Assembly (NCBI RefSeq): GCF_006345805.1
Contig: NC_043002.1
Location: forward strand, 46,004,001-46,068,000
Reading direction: 5' to 3'
DNA length: 64,000 nt
From: Octopus sinensis
Lineage: Eukaryota
Shown one piece after another: positions 1 through 12,143 of this stretch. The notes under the pieces were generated by a model. That model ran no database searches. It was given only the letters and a program-made list of their open reading frames with translations, and was not told where the DNA came from. The position numbers were made by a program, and so were the translations under genes. Each line of letters starts with the position of its first letter. Positions within the stretch are counted from its first letter, which is position 1.

Positions 1-592
1 AGTGTAGCATGTGTAGCAGATCTTTCCTCTACCCCAATTATCAAAATTTTCATAAAGAACTAATGAAGTTTTGGCAGATTGAGTAATGACGTCAGCAAAA
101 ATCTGACCAATGCAAACATCTTCCAGATTTTTTAGTGATGACATCAGCACAAATCTGTCCAATCAAATTCATTCTGAAGTGTATTAAAACAGCAGATTTA
201 CAGAGACAGACAGACAATAGCAAACTGGTGTGAATGATAGATAGAGTGAATGAGAGACAAGAGCAAAGAATGCATTCATGCATTCACATGAGGCACTATT
301 TGCTATCATATCCACCAAATATGACTGTCATTCATTCATTCCTCCTCTCTCTTCCTCTCTGTCTGTGTGTCTTTCTCATCCAGAAATAATCACAGAAAAT
401 GCCCAACCAAGTTTATGGATAGAACTCTGTGATGCTATTCTTTTATCATTCTTTAGTCCACCACATCCCAAACAAACTTTTAGCAATAAACGGATGATGA
501 ATCAAAAATGAATGACTACTCTTCTCATTTATGCCATCCATCTTAATGTTATACTGTGATAATATTTCTTTAACATGAAATGAATTATAGAT

Positions 593-596
<4 letters not shown>

Positions 597-659
<63 letters not shown>
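597..659. repeat. (GA)n; other simple repeats include (CTA)n 8920-8988, (CA)n 5325-5392, 25921-26002 and 47808-47898, and (CAG/CAA)n 26006-26058
   Basis: Direct reading. Confidence 0.97.
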
Positions 660-660
<1 letters not shown>

Positions 661-1658
661 GAGTTAAGGAAATTTATGAATATGTTGTTATAATGATATA
701 AGAGAGAATTATTGATGTACATCATGTTTTTTGTGTGTGTGGCAATTATTCGATAATACAACATGTTCTGCATGATTTGAAATGACTATTCATAATGAAT
801 CCCCCTAAAAAAAGAATCATGTTGAATTCCTGTAAAGACTTTATTTCTTTAACATCACTTAGTGCAGTAAATGTATGCAGAGTGTTAATGAATGGACAAT
901 AGGATGTTTTTGGTAATTTGAATTGAAATATATGTCCTCAAAAGCCAAACAGTTTTTTTGTTTAGCCAATAATTAACAGGCGACAAAAATAACTAGATGT
1001 ATTTGTAAGAATATGGGAGTGAATTAAGTTTATTAATGCTTTGATAATTACTTTTACATCAATAAAAATTTATGAGGCATGTAATATTGAAAACTGTATA
1101 GAACTTTTACCTGTAAGTCATATATTTAATGTCTTACAAATTATTTTATTAAAGTAAATGGTTGTAACATATATGAACGGAAATGTGTTTTGAAATTGGT
1201 TTGAGATATTGTAAAATATGATAGTATTTCTCAGGATTTAGTTATCCATTTGAGTCATAAAATAACTTTGGGCCTCTGCATAGTTGCTCAGCTTGCTGTA
1301 AATAGCAATGCAGTGAAGTTTTCCTCAAATTTTTTCTTACCATCTTCAAAAAAACGGAAGAATAAATTGGATTATGTAGCCCTAGGTACTGCTAAAAAGA
1401 CAGTAAAGTCATGGCTAGAATGCTTTTGATCAGAGGTTTGCTGAACCTCTGCTGATCTGAGGATGAATACCAAAAAGCAACAAAAACAAAATAGATTTTA
1501 ATGTTAACTTTAAAAAAATGTAATTAATTTAAAAATATATTCTTGTAAATTCTAAACTTTCCTGAAAATTATTGGATAAAATAAAATGAGATGAAGTAAA
1601 TAATTGATTTGTACAAAGTTTTGAAAAGTACTTTCCCTAAATATGTTTTTGTTGTTAG

Positions 1659-1781
1659 GTCCAGTGGATTATAAACCTGGTGAAGCTGTTGGTGCTCCTG
1701 ACCATCCACATAGAGGTATTGAGATCATTTCCTACATCATTGATGGAAGTCTGACACATGAAGATTCTGCAGGAAACAAAG
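1659..1781 (+). CDS. PIR: Pirin-family (bicupin) gene, first visible coding exon: GPVDYKPGEAVGAPDHPHRGIEIISYIIDGSLTHEDSAGNK
   Basis: AG at 1657-1658 and GT at 1782-1783; 123 nt, phase 1 to 1; contains the pirin metal-binding DHPHRG motif and HEDSAG. Upstream exons were not found in the window. Confidence 0.95.
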
Positions 1782-2639
1782 GTGATAATAATTTTGAATA
1801 CCAGTAAAATTTATTGTAACTAAATCAAATTCTTCATGCAATCAGTGATTGGGCAGCCTTGACAGCCAGCATCTCTGTGGTCGTTTGTTCAATCATTGTC
1901 TGCTGCCTTGTTAGTACATGCTGTCTATAAGCTTTAAATGTTGGACAAACCCTATACAGAATGTCGATTAGACCACTGACCAGTTCCTCTAGTTGGTGTC
2001 AACAAGACTTTCAGTGAATTGAATTAAAGTGGTGCAATGTGTCTGGATGAGTCCTTTCTTTGTTTGTGTTATAAGTGTTCATGGCAGTGCTCTGTCATAA
2101 TCATATCTGATTGATTGGAAGTAGTAAACAAAAGAAAGAATAAAATAACTGTTTAGTGTGATGCCAGCAAAGCTGTAACGATAATGAAAAAAAACTTGAT
2201 GGCTGCTTTCCAAGCTTTTTTAAACTCAATTGTTTAGTTACAGATCAGAACATTTGGTTGTACCATTCACTTTCAGTTGTAAGTATGGAAACCCTCAAGT
2301 ATACTCATTAAATAATAGTAACATTTCATTCTTTCTTCCTATAAATGAAAAACTTTACCAGTATCAAACTATTTCAAGGGATTACTCCCATCCATATTGA
2401 TTGGGAGGTTTTGGTACACAACTGAATCTCCTTATTTCTCGTGGAGCTGCTGCTTCATCATCCTCCATGCTATTGCCTGTTATATCTTCTTTATCCTAGT
2501 ACAGTCAAGTCTCTTTTATTTTGTTCTACAATCGGAGGGGATTGTCTGGGTTTGAGGACAAGGTGCCAAGTCATAAACAAAAACAGTAAACTCCCATTCA
2601 TCAGGATACCTGATGTTTAAATAAGCTTAAATACTGTCA

Positions 2640-2975
2640 AGTTTCTTTTATTTTGCTTGTGAAATTAACGTGCAAGTGGCTGAGCACTCTACAGACATGT
2701 CTACCCTTAACGTAGTTCTCGGGGAGACTCAGCGTGACACAGAGTGTGACAAGGCTGGCCCCTTTGAAATACAGATACAACAGAAACAGGAAGAAAGAGT
2801 AAGAGAAAATTGTGGTGAAAGAGTACAGTAGGGTTCGCCACCACCCTCTGCCGGAGCCTCGTCGAGCTTTAGGTGTTTTCACTCAATAAACACTCACAAC
2901 GTCCTGTCTGGGAATTGAAACTGTGATCCTATGACTGCGAGTCCATTACCCTAACCACTGGGCCATTGCAACTCC
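2640..2975 (-). mobile_element. tRNA-head SINE (head related to 30010-30473)
   Basis: Reverse strand tggcccagtggttagggtaatggactcgcagtcatagg..gtttcaattccc. Confidence 0.8.
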
Positions 2976-3249
2976 ACAATATATATCAATGTAGCAAAGC
3001 AGCATCCAAAGAGCTCACTGTTTCATTACTCATTTATATAATCCTGACACACTTCACAGACACTGATAGCAAAACAGAAATATAAATGCTATACACAAAA
3101 TACATAACAAAAATTCTGTGGTTTGGACTAACAAAAGAAGTAGTGAAGTACAGTCACACACATGCATGCGCACGTGCACACACACACACAAACATGTATA
3201 TAAATACATTTTATATGTGCATTCAAATTAATCAAATTACTTTTGATAG

Positions 3250-3386
3250 GTGTTTTGGAGAAAGGCTGGGTTCAAATGATGACTGCAGGACAAGGAGTGG
3301 TCCATGCTGAGATGCCAGCTGATGAAATTGTGGAAAATGGTGGAAGAATGGAGGGCTTTCAGCTCTGGATTAATCTACCAGCTAAA
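3250..3386 (+). CDS. PIR: Pirin exon: [46 protein letters not shown]
   Basis: AG/GT boundaries, phase 1 to 0; MTAG, HAE metal ligands and QLWINLP motif. Confidence 0.95.
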
Positions 3387-4337
3387 GTATGATTTTATTT
3401 TTGTAATAACAATTTCTTATAGATTTGGGTGATGGTTTGATTGATTATATCAACCCTACTATTTTACTAATACTTGCTCTAATTACTTTGGAAGGATGGA
3501 GGATGCCTGAGATCCTAGAAGACACACACAGACAGATAGACCGGATTTTATATAATAGATGTGTGTATGTGCATGTGAGGTTGATGTTTCCTTGTCTTGA
3601 CATCACAAGATAGGAGTGTCACTGTTATATAGAAGTGAAAACATGCTCAACCAGAGGGAAATATTGCCTTACCTAGAAACAGGTGAAGGTTGATTGACAG
3701 AAAGGGTATCTAGCTGTAGAAAATCTGCCTCAACAAATTCCATCTGACTGATGCTGGCATGGAAAATTGGGTATTAAAGACCCTGAAAAATTTAGATTTT
3801 TCAGTTTTTAGATTATATTTCTTTAAGTGATGAGTAAACTAAGCTAGAATGGAAATATGTGTTGGACAAATATGAAGGCAAATAAAAGTAAAGATACATT
3901 GAGAACTGAAGGCAAAGCCCCATAGGTTTATCTTTTTATCTTTTACTTGTTTCAGTCATTAGACTGCAGCCATACTGGAGCACCACCTTGAAGAGTTTTT
4001 AGTTGAATGAACCGATCCCAGTACTTTTTTTTAAGCCTGGTACTTATTCTATCAGGCTAAGTTATGAGGAAATGAACAAACCAACACCAGTTTTCAAGCA
4101 GTAGTGGCGACAAACACAGACACAAAGACACACATATGCAAGCACACACACATATGACAGGCTATTTTAAGCTTCCATCTATCAAATCCACTCAAGGCTT
4201 TGGTTGGCCTGAGGCTATGGTAGAAATCATTTGGCCAAGGTACCATGTTGTGGGATTGAACCCTAAACAATGTAATTGGGAAGTAAGCTTCTCACCACAT
4301 AGCCACACCTGCACCTATCTTTCTATATATGTATATA

Positions 4338-4863
4338 CCATATATCCTCGAGTATAATACGCAGGGGATTTTTAGGGGGCTGTACCTCTGAAAAACCTAA
4401 ACCTTGTGTATAATATGCACCCCTTCCCTAACTTGAGTCAAGGAGGTCTATTTAACGTTCTTGGTTTGTAAAAATGTATACGGTAACCATCCTTTATTAT
4501 TATTGTACATATAACATAATGCAAACGTGTAGCTTTTTTGTGCATTTTGTTTGCAGAAAATAAAGAAATAACAGTAATAACAGTAATAACATTTAATAAA
4601 TATTGCTTACTGCAAGTTATGGATGATTCTTTTATGACTTCATTGCTTAGCTTAAGGTATTTTCGCGTCCGACATCACAAAATGTGTCTGAATAAACATT
4701 GCTGGACAGCAAATAGAGACTCGAACATTGCTGGACAGCAAATAGAGACTCGAACATTGCTTAGAAAATAAATTTCATTTTTTACCTCGTATATAGTACG
4801 CACTAGGGATTTTGACCTTTAAATTTTGGGAAAAAAATGTGGATTATACTCGAGGATTTACGG
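4338..4863. mobile_element. pogo/Tigger-like MITE in a pirin intron
   Basis: TA TSD; TIRs ccatatatcctcgagtataa / ttatactcgaggatttacgg; internal 29-bp tandem duplication around 4694-4752. Confidence 0.85.
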
Positions 4864-4881
4864 TATATATTCTTTTTACAG

Positions 4882-4990
4882 GAAAAGATGATTGATCCTC
4901 AGTATGAAGACATTCCTCCTGAAAAGATTCCTGTGATAACAATGGATGGTGGAAGAGCGAGAGCTAAGCTAATAGCTGGTGAAATTGAAG
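4882..4990 (+). CDS. PIR: Pirin exon: EKMIDPQYEDIPPEKIPVITMDGGRARAKLIAGEIE
   Basis: tttttacag acceptor and GTGAAG donor; phase 0 to 1; aligns with pirin EKM..PQY..IP and IAGE. Confidence 0.93.
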
Positions 4991-5322
4991 GTGAAGTATC
5001 CAACAACATCATGCATTTGATCTACCTGTATGTTTCAAGTTTCAGTTGTTAGATAAATAAACTTTCAACATGCAGATGTTAGGTGCCATTATGCTTGATA
5101 GAAATTATCCCTTCGAGAAAGGAGTAAGGAGCATGTTTAATGGGAAAAATATAAAAATTACGCACACACTTTTATAAAGTCTGGCACTTATTCTTATCGA
5201 TCTCTTTTGCTGAACCACTAAGTTATGAGATGTAAACACACTGACACCAGTTGTCAAGCAGTGGTGGGATACAAACACAAACACAAAGACACATGCACAT
5301 ATCATCATCTTCATCATCAACA

Positions 5323-5394
<72 letters not shown>

Positions 5395-5686
5395 TCAACG
5401 CTCTTCTTTCATTTTCTGTCAACCACATCCACTCACAAGGCTATAGTAGAAGACACTTGCCCAAGGTGCCGTGCAGGTGGTACTGAACCTGGAATGATGT
5501 GGTTACGAAGCAAGCGTCTTACCATACAGCCATGCCTGTGCCTACATGATGTTAAAAAAATTTTTGGCTTTCCATGTCTTAGAGAGAATATCATACATAA
5601 CACATTAAACTTCGTATCATCTCTCGAATAGTCTATTCAGAAAACTAAGTAAAATTATTGAATTTATTCATTCATTTTTTTTTCAG

Positions 5687-5815
5687 GAAAAGCCTCTGTC
5701 AAACAGACAAAGATTCCAACATTATTTCTAGATATTTTACTGGAACCAGGAGCAACATTTACATCTGAAGTTATTGAAAATCATGCTTGTTTTATTTATA
5801 TTTGGCGTGGATCTG
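5687..5815 (+). CDS. PIR: Pirin exon: GKASVKQTKIPTLFLDILLEPGATFTSEVIENHACFIYIWRGS
   Basis: Poly-T cag acceptor and GTAAG donor; phase 1 to 1; aligns with pirin TPTLYLDFKLDPGA...FIY. Confidence 0.93.
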
Positions 5816-6278
5816 GTAAGTTAAGCATATTTTTGCATATTATGGTTGGAGCTGTGTGTATGCTACTGAAGACTACATCTTTACACAGAAGATTGGGAAT
5901 GAAGTGCATAATGTATGATATGATGATGGTCTCCTCTGTTGATTTCTATGAATGTTTGAAGGAGAGGATTTAGAACGAAAAAGAAATGTTTAATTGTAAA
6001 AGATGCTGTATCTATTTTTGGTAGATGTGTGAATGTAATTTGAGTCCAGGTATGGATTCTGCTATGAAGTCACAATGAGAACAATGGGGATTTTGATTTT
6101 GCTTGGGATTGGACAAATATGTCTGTTGATTGCAGGATATAATTCTTTTATGGTTTCGATGCATCATGACACATTTTATGCCATGCAGATTAATCTAGGT
6201 AATAACTTTCCCAAAATGTCAAATTAAACTGTAGCGATTTTAGTGATTGCTTCAACTTATGATAATGTTTAGTACAGC

Positions 6279-6447
6279 ATAATATAAAATAAAATAAAAT
6301 AATATAATATGATATGATACGATACAATACAGTTCGGTCCAGTGTGGTGCGGTGTGGTCCGGTCTGCTTTGGTCCAGTCCAGTTCGGTTCGGTTCAGTTC
6401 GGTTTGGTTCCGCCCAGTTCAGTTCAGTTCGGCCCGGTTCAGTTCAG
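6279..6447. repeat. Degenerate pentanucleotide array with a stepwise motif change
   Basis: ATAAA > ATAAT > ATGAT > ACGAT > ACAAT > ACAGT > TCGGT/CCAGT/TCAGT, all in a 5-bp register. Confidence 0.85.
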
Positions 6448-7862
6448 AGGATATATTTAAATAACTGCTGTACATATTTTTCTCCAATAGATATATTTAA
6501 AAAATATCTATCATTTCATTGGCGATTAAAATCTGAATAAATGTTTAAAATGGATGTAGCGTATGCTACTGACGACTACTTACCCTACCATGTCACACAA
6601 TTAGACCTATCTAGAATGAGTAAGCCTTCTTTAAAGTAAATCCATGAGAGGATTTTATCTTAGAACTAGGACAGTCATCAGTCATACAGTGCTCCTACTG
6701 CTTACAGTAATGAAATGTATCTTTCTATGCATGACGCTTAATTGCTGCTGGGTGTACTCAGCCATTGAGAATTAATGTGCCTTGGACACAGTTCAACCTC
6801 AGTGATAGGATGTGATTAATTAACTCTTTTGCTGGGAGGCTAATGCCTATCAGCATGGATAATTATGAGTTGCCTTAGTTTAGAAAATTGATTTTTAAAA
6901 TGACGGTTGCCATCATCAGCATTGTAATCATTGTTATCATCATCATCTTCATGATTTTCATCATTGTTGTCATCACCATCACTGCCACCGCCTCCTTTGT
7001 TGTTGTTTTGCATCTCTGCATTCCATGCTATGTTGGACAGATTGTTATGATCCAAGACAATTCTTATTCTGCCTCCTAGATAAGACAAAGGATCATGTTA
7101 CACTTGTACATTCCATTTTTGGTATGGGTTCTTTGTTTGGATACCCTTCTTGGCATCAAATATTTTACAGAATGTACTAGGTGAATTTTTTCATGGTACC
7201 AACACTAAGAACATTGTCATGTCCTTGTTATTATAAACAGGAAACCATAGAACCATTAGATAAGCTATGTAGAATAAACCTATTTTCTTAGTGCTTGTCC
7301 TAAATGATTTAAATGCCTCTCTCCAAGAAAAGCTTTGTATGAAATGTCAGAGCTCCTGTTGCTCTTTGGGTTACAGACTTATCTGAAATTGGTAACCTTT
7401 ATTAAAAGATTTTAGCCAATGCAGAACACCACTAGTTTCCTTTTAACTCTGGTCCCTAAATACAGAATAAATCTTTCTATTGTAAGATATAACATCTACA
7501 ACTGATTGGTTCATACTTATAAAGATAACCAATTAAGTACTGAAACAATGAGGAAGCCTCAACATGGTTGCTTGACCAAGAATCTCACAAATTATACACA
7601 TATCCATTTTCCATGCTAGCAGGGATTGGATGGTTTCCTTCCTAATTAACCTTTAAAAACTGTAAGGATACATTGATGAATGTAATGCTATATACATTAT
7701 ATCTGAAAATAATACAGGATGGTCATGGCTGTAATACCTCTTATCATGGTTGTGGTTAATCTGATTTCGACTTAGGGCAATTGCATTAACTAATTAGGTG
7801 TGTGTTTAAACTTTGATCTACTTTGTATAGCAGCTAAAGTTATGTTCAGAATTGAGTGCAAT

Positions 7863-7894
<32 letters not shown>

Positions 7895-8223
7895 ATATTA
7901 TATATATATATATATATATTTTGTGAAATAGAAAGATGAATAATCTTGTTGCAGATTAATCAAAAGTTTAACCGATACCTTGGTAACAAAAATCACAGCA
8001 GAAGTCAGAACTTTAGTCTCGGTCACAAAGAACATCTAAGCACCCCGTGCTCCCACCCACCGGAATGACCGCTGCCTGACCCGTTAAAATCTTCAACGCA
8101 CCCACCACCCGTTTTCAACATACATTGATAAACAGTTTGGCCATGGGCTCTTAGGAGCCTCGTTCGATTTGTTTTGCTCCGCCTCTGTTCTGTTTTTGTT
8201 TTTTCCAACGGATTTCCTATTTC

Positions 8224-8303
8224 TTCCTGAAGAGAAAGACACAATATGGTCTCCTTATTCAATCGGAATTTGGTAAATTGTGCCTTTCGAAACACGTGTA
8301 GAA
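8224..8303 (+). ncRNA. Type I hammerhead ribozyme motif (Penelope type)
   Basis: ttc-CTGAAGA-gaaagacacaa..ttgtgcctttc-GAAAC-ACGT-GTA-gaa: both core boxes, stem II pairing and palindromic stem III. Confidence 0.75.
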
Positions 8304-8361
8304 TGCAATAAAACTATTTCTGTTCAATCTTCGTTCAACTCCATTCTTCAATTCACTAATA

Positions 8362-8396
<35 letters not shown>

Positions 8397-8403
<7 letters not shown>

Positions 8404-8650
8404 AATCAAGGAACGGCCATAATAGGCCATTCACCCACTAGAAAATAACAGCCAAAAAGCTTCAACCGCAAAATAACATTAATTCGTAAACCAGGAGAAA
8501 ATTAAAAAACATTTACCCTGAAATGTTTTTAAGGGTAAATGTTTTAATTTTCTCCTGGTTACGGAATAATGTTATTTTGCGGTTGAAGCTTTTTGGCTGT
8601 TATTTCTAGTGGGTGAATGGCCTATTATGGCCGTTCCTTGATTGTGATAT
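8397..8650. repeat. Long near-perfect palindrome (about 120-bp arms, 12-nt loop)
   Basis: atatcacaatcaagg..atttaccct / agggtaaat..ccttgattgtgatat. Confidence 0.95.
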
Positions 8651-8739
8651 TGAACTTAAAAATGGTTTATGACTATTAATTTTTCACTAGGCCGCTGGGG
8701 GAAAGAATTCTACAAAATTTTTTTGCCTCCCTATATTGA

Positions 8740-8784
<45 letters not shown>

Positions 8785-8917
8785 ATATATGTATATACTT
8801 TAGAGAAAAACCTCTAATAAGTGATTCAATAGTGAAAGACATTATTCACACCATATAGAAAAAATTAAATATACTATAAAAACATTATTTTTCCCTGTAA
8901 GTTTGGAATTATATTCC

Positions 8918-8989
<72 letters not shown>

Positions 8990-9070
8990 TGTATGTATGT
9001 ATGTATCTATGTATATATATGTATATGTATATAATGTTCTTATTTAACATTCTTTTTGGCATATTAACAG

Positions 9071-9169
9071 GTTTTCTTGGAGAAGATTGTAAACCAGCCA
9101 GTATTGGTCAAGTTGGGCTCCTCAGTACCTCAGGGAAAAAAGTGACAATCAAAGCTAGTGAAGATCAAA
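9071..9169 (+). CDS. PIR: Pirin exon: GFLGEDCKPASIGQVGLLSTSGKKVTIKASEDQ
   Basis: aacag acceptor and GTAAG donor; 99 nt, phase 1 to 1, keeps the frame between flanking exons. Confidence 0.88.
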
Positions 9170-9453
9170 GTAAGAAGCAAAGATTTTGAATTTTTCTTTT
9201 TGTTTTATGAAGTAAACATTATAGTATCAAAGCTAACACATTTGCGTGGCTGGGTGATTTTAGATGTTCATTTAAGAATTATGTGATTTCAGGTTCAATC
9301 TCATTGCTTGACACCTAGGGTAAGTGTTGTCTGCTACAATCTGAGGTTAACAAAAAGCCTCAAGTGAAATTTGGTGGACAGAAACTATACAGAAGACTGC
9401 CATAGAGACTGTCATGTTCTTGGGTGATAGGCTTAATTTGTTGCTCAGTTTAA

Positions 9454-10539
9454 CCCTTTCGTTACCAAACCGCCCAAAGCCGCCCGAAAAAAATTTTGGT
9501 TCATGTGACCAAGCCGCCCAAACCCGTCCGTATTTACCTATTCATATTTAAATGAGAATATCAGAGCAAATCTCTTTAGTACATTCGTGAAAACACGTGA
9601 TTATACTTCGTAAACAGTTCATCTACAGTTTTGTATAACGATCGAAGTGTAATTTTAATTCCGTGAATTTTGGGAGATTTTTTTCCGAAATTTGTTCCTA
9701 CTGTGTTTTCAAAATTTGTAATTCTGACAAAAAATGGATACGAATTTCATTATATCAAGCAGCGAGTCAGAATTCGAAGGATTTTCTACTGAAGACCTTG
9801 ATAAATCTAACTCTATGACTGAAAAAAAAAGCACATGGTATTTGATAATGAATCTGATGTTTCATTTTCCGAAAGTGAAAACAGTGAATCCGAGAGCTCC
9901 GACAGCGATAAAGAAAATGAATTGGCACCTGAATGGAGTGAAAATTTAAAAACTGTTTCTTTCGGTGATTTTTCTGAAGAAACTGGACCAAGCCACAGAC
10001 TTTCCCAGGAGAGTAAAGCCTTAGACTATTTCTTTTTACTTTTTCGAATGAGCCTATTTGAAATCATTACGGCGGAAACGAACCGTTACGCTAAATGTAA
10101 ACAAAGCGAAAGAAAGGATAGTTTGTGGTTTCCCATAACCTTAAATGAAATTAAGACTATTTTGCCATAAATATTATTATGGGTATCAGAAAGTTACCCA
10201 GAATAACAAATTCTATCGTAAAATTTTGTTGTATACCCTATTGAATATTAGCTAATAACCCATTTTCTATAGCGATGTTTGAACAAAATTTTAATAATTT
10301 TATATTTTGTTGAATTTAACTGTATCTACCTGCAATTAGAGTTGCTTTGTGACAAAAATTATAGTATAGAATTGGTTGAGAACATTTCATTAAATTATCT
10401 TCCAAAAATCACATTAATATATTGATAAATAAAAAAGTTATAGTTGTTTAATGAAACCAGACTAAATTTATGATTATGTTAAAAATTAATTGAAACATAT
10501 AAGGGGTGTATTTTGGTCAGAAATATAGTAACGAAAGTG
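9454..10539 (+). mobile_element. Internally deleted piggyBac (PGBD4-like) transposon
   Basis: TTAA at 9450-9453 and 10540-10543; TIRs ccctttcgttac / gtaacgaaagtg; frameshifted acidic N-terminus plus DYFFLLF..IITAETNRYA..W.PITLNEIK (9734-10200). Confidence 0.92.
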
Positions 10540-10612
10540 TTAACACAACCATCTGATTTTTTGGTACTTTTTGTGGAGTCTTGTATGCATTCAGCCCAGA
10601 TCTTTGGTTTAA

Positions 10613-10831
10613 CCCTATAGTATTTAAATAGGCTATATCTCACCTGAATAGTCTATCTGTTTTGTGTTGAAACTGGCCAACTCCAGCTTTTCACATTGAC
10701 CCTACAATATTGTTCTTAAAATAAGCAATCACATCATTGAAATTTCAAAGCTATGAGATAATGCATGATGAATTCATAGCAATGTGAATAAGTAAGCATT
10801 ACATTTGACAAAATAATCTGTTGCTAAAGGG
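10613..10831. mobile_element. TTAA-type (piggyBac-like) MITE; an inverted copy at 41762-42316 is interrupted by a SINE
   Basis: ccctatag..tgctaaaggg ends and shared internal sequence between the two copies. Confidence 0.55.
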
Positions 10832-10994
10832 GAAAGGATGGTTTCCTCTCTGCTTCTCATCACACTCAGACACTCCTTACCAAAAAGGGTCATACACATT
10901 GCCTTTTGATTAGCATCTGATGAGCTGGACATGTCATTTGCACACAAAACTTAAAGTAATGTGGAGCTGAGTGAAACTAATTAATTACAAGTAA

Positions 10995-11358
10995 TCTCTC
11001 TATATATAAATGGCAAAATGTCTGTGTGTGTGTCCTTTATACAAATCCACAATTTTTCAGTTAGAGGGCTCGTACTTTCTATGGTCATTCAAAACTGCCC
11101 AAGGGTGGTCGTGCACATCTTTACATTTCCCCAGTCACCCCACAAGGCCATTAAAAAATTAATAGAAGTGACTTTTTTGTGAATTTTCTATCTAAAACCC
11201 AATCAAAATGCCCAAAACTTGATATGCCAATTGAATGCCAGCTAGCTGTATGTGATTGGTCGGAGATTTGGACAGTACTCGCGTGTATGTGCGCACGTAC
11301 GCAGCTGTATATGCATGCACTAGCACTATGATCCAGCGTTGCCAGGTCATACTGCTAG
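10995..11358 (+). mobile_element. Non-autonomous Helitron
   Basis: 5' TC..TATATATAAA after an A; 3' hairpin-like gcgttgccaggt then CTAG followed by T. Confidence 0.75.
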
Positions 11359-11734
11359 TTTCAACTAAATGTGTTGAGTGTTACTATTTGTTACATGTTC
11401 ATATATATATATATTGTTGTTAGCCATTGGTTGTTATCTGTCAGAACATTGTACATCTCAAAATTTCCACACATCTTGGAATCACTCAACACTGCTCCTG
11501 ACGTGACTATGCAGGCTTCCCACTTTACTATTTTACTATTTACTTTTCTGTCTTCTTGAGTTTTATCCTGTGTGCTGTGTGTGTACTTTTGACTAGTGTT
11601 ACTGTCTTTACTTGACTTATTACTGCTTTCTGTCTCTTATGTTCTTTTCCAGTAATTTGTAATGCATCTAAATACTGTATAAAATAAACCCATTAAACAC
11701 ACACATCATTCAATTACAGTAGTAGTTAAATAAT

Positions 11735-12143
11735 AATCTTAAGGCCACAATTTACTCACATGCCGCATCTTTCAGAGCTTTGTCGCTAATTCGGTTCTTA
11801 ACAAAACTGTAAACTGGGGTTACTCTAACTCCTCCTACACCAACTGATATTAATGATTTTAGGCACATAGGTAGATCACATGCCCTGAAGTTCAAATAAA
11901 GCCGGAATTTTTCGCAAACTCAATAATACTCAGTTGGCATCGATTTTTGTGAGCTCAATCAGGCTTTTAAATGAAAATTCCCATAACAATGTTATTTTTC
12001 CTGCAGCTTTTGTATTTTTTCACGTGTAAAATTTCAACAAAATCGATAGAATAGTCTCTAAGGAAATGCTTATTTAATATGAGGTGAGAGGTGGGCTTAA
12101 CTTCAACACGGAAAACATAAGCTACGCTGGGTCCAACAGCTAG
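11735..12143 (+). mobile_element. Second Helitron-like element (5' end uncertain)
   Basis: 3' gctacgctgggtccaacagCTAG|t signature. Confidence 0.5.

Noticed and set aside
2900-2975. tRNA genes at SINE heads (also 21735-21815, 31325-31385, 44560-44630 and 46200-46270)
   Set aside because: A/B boxes are present, but there is no complete cloverleaf and most continue into SINE bodies.
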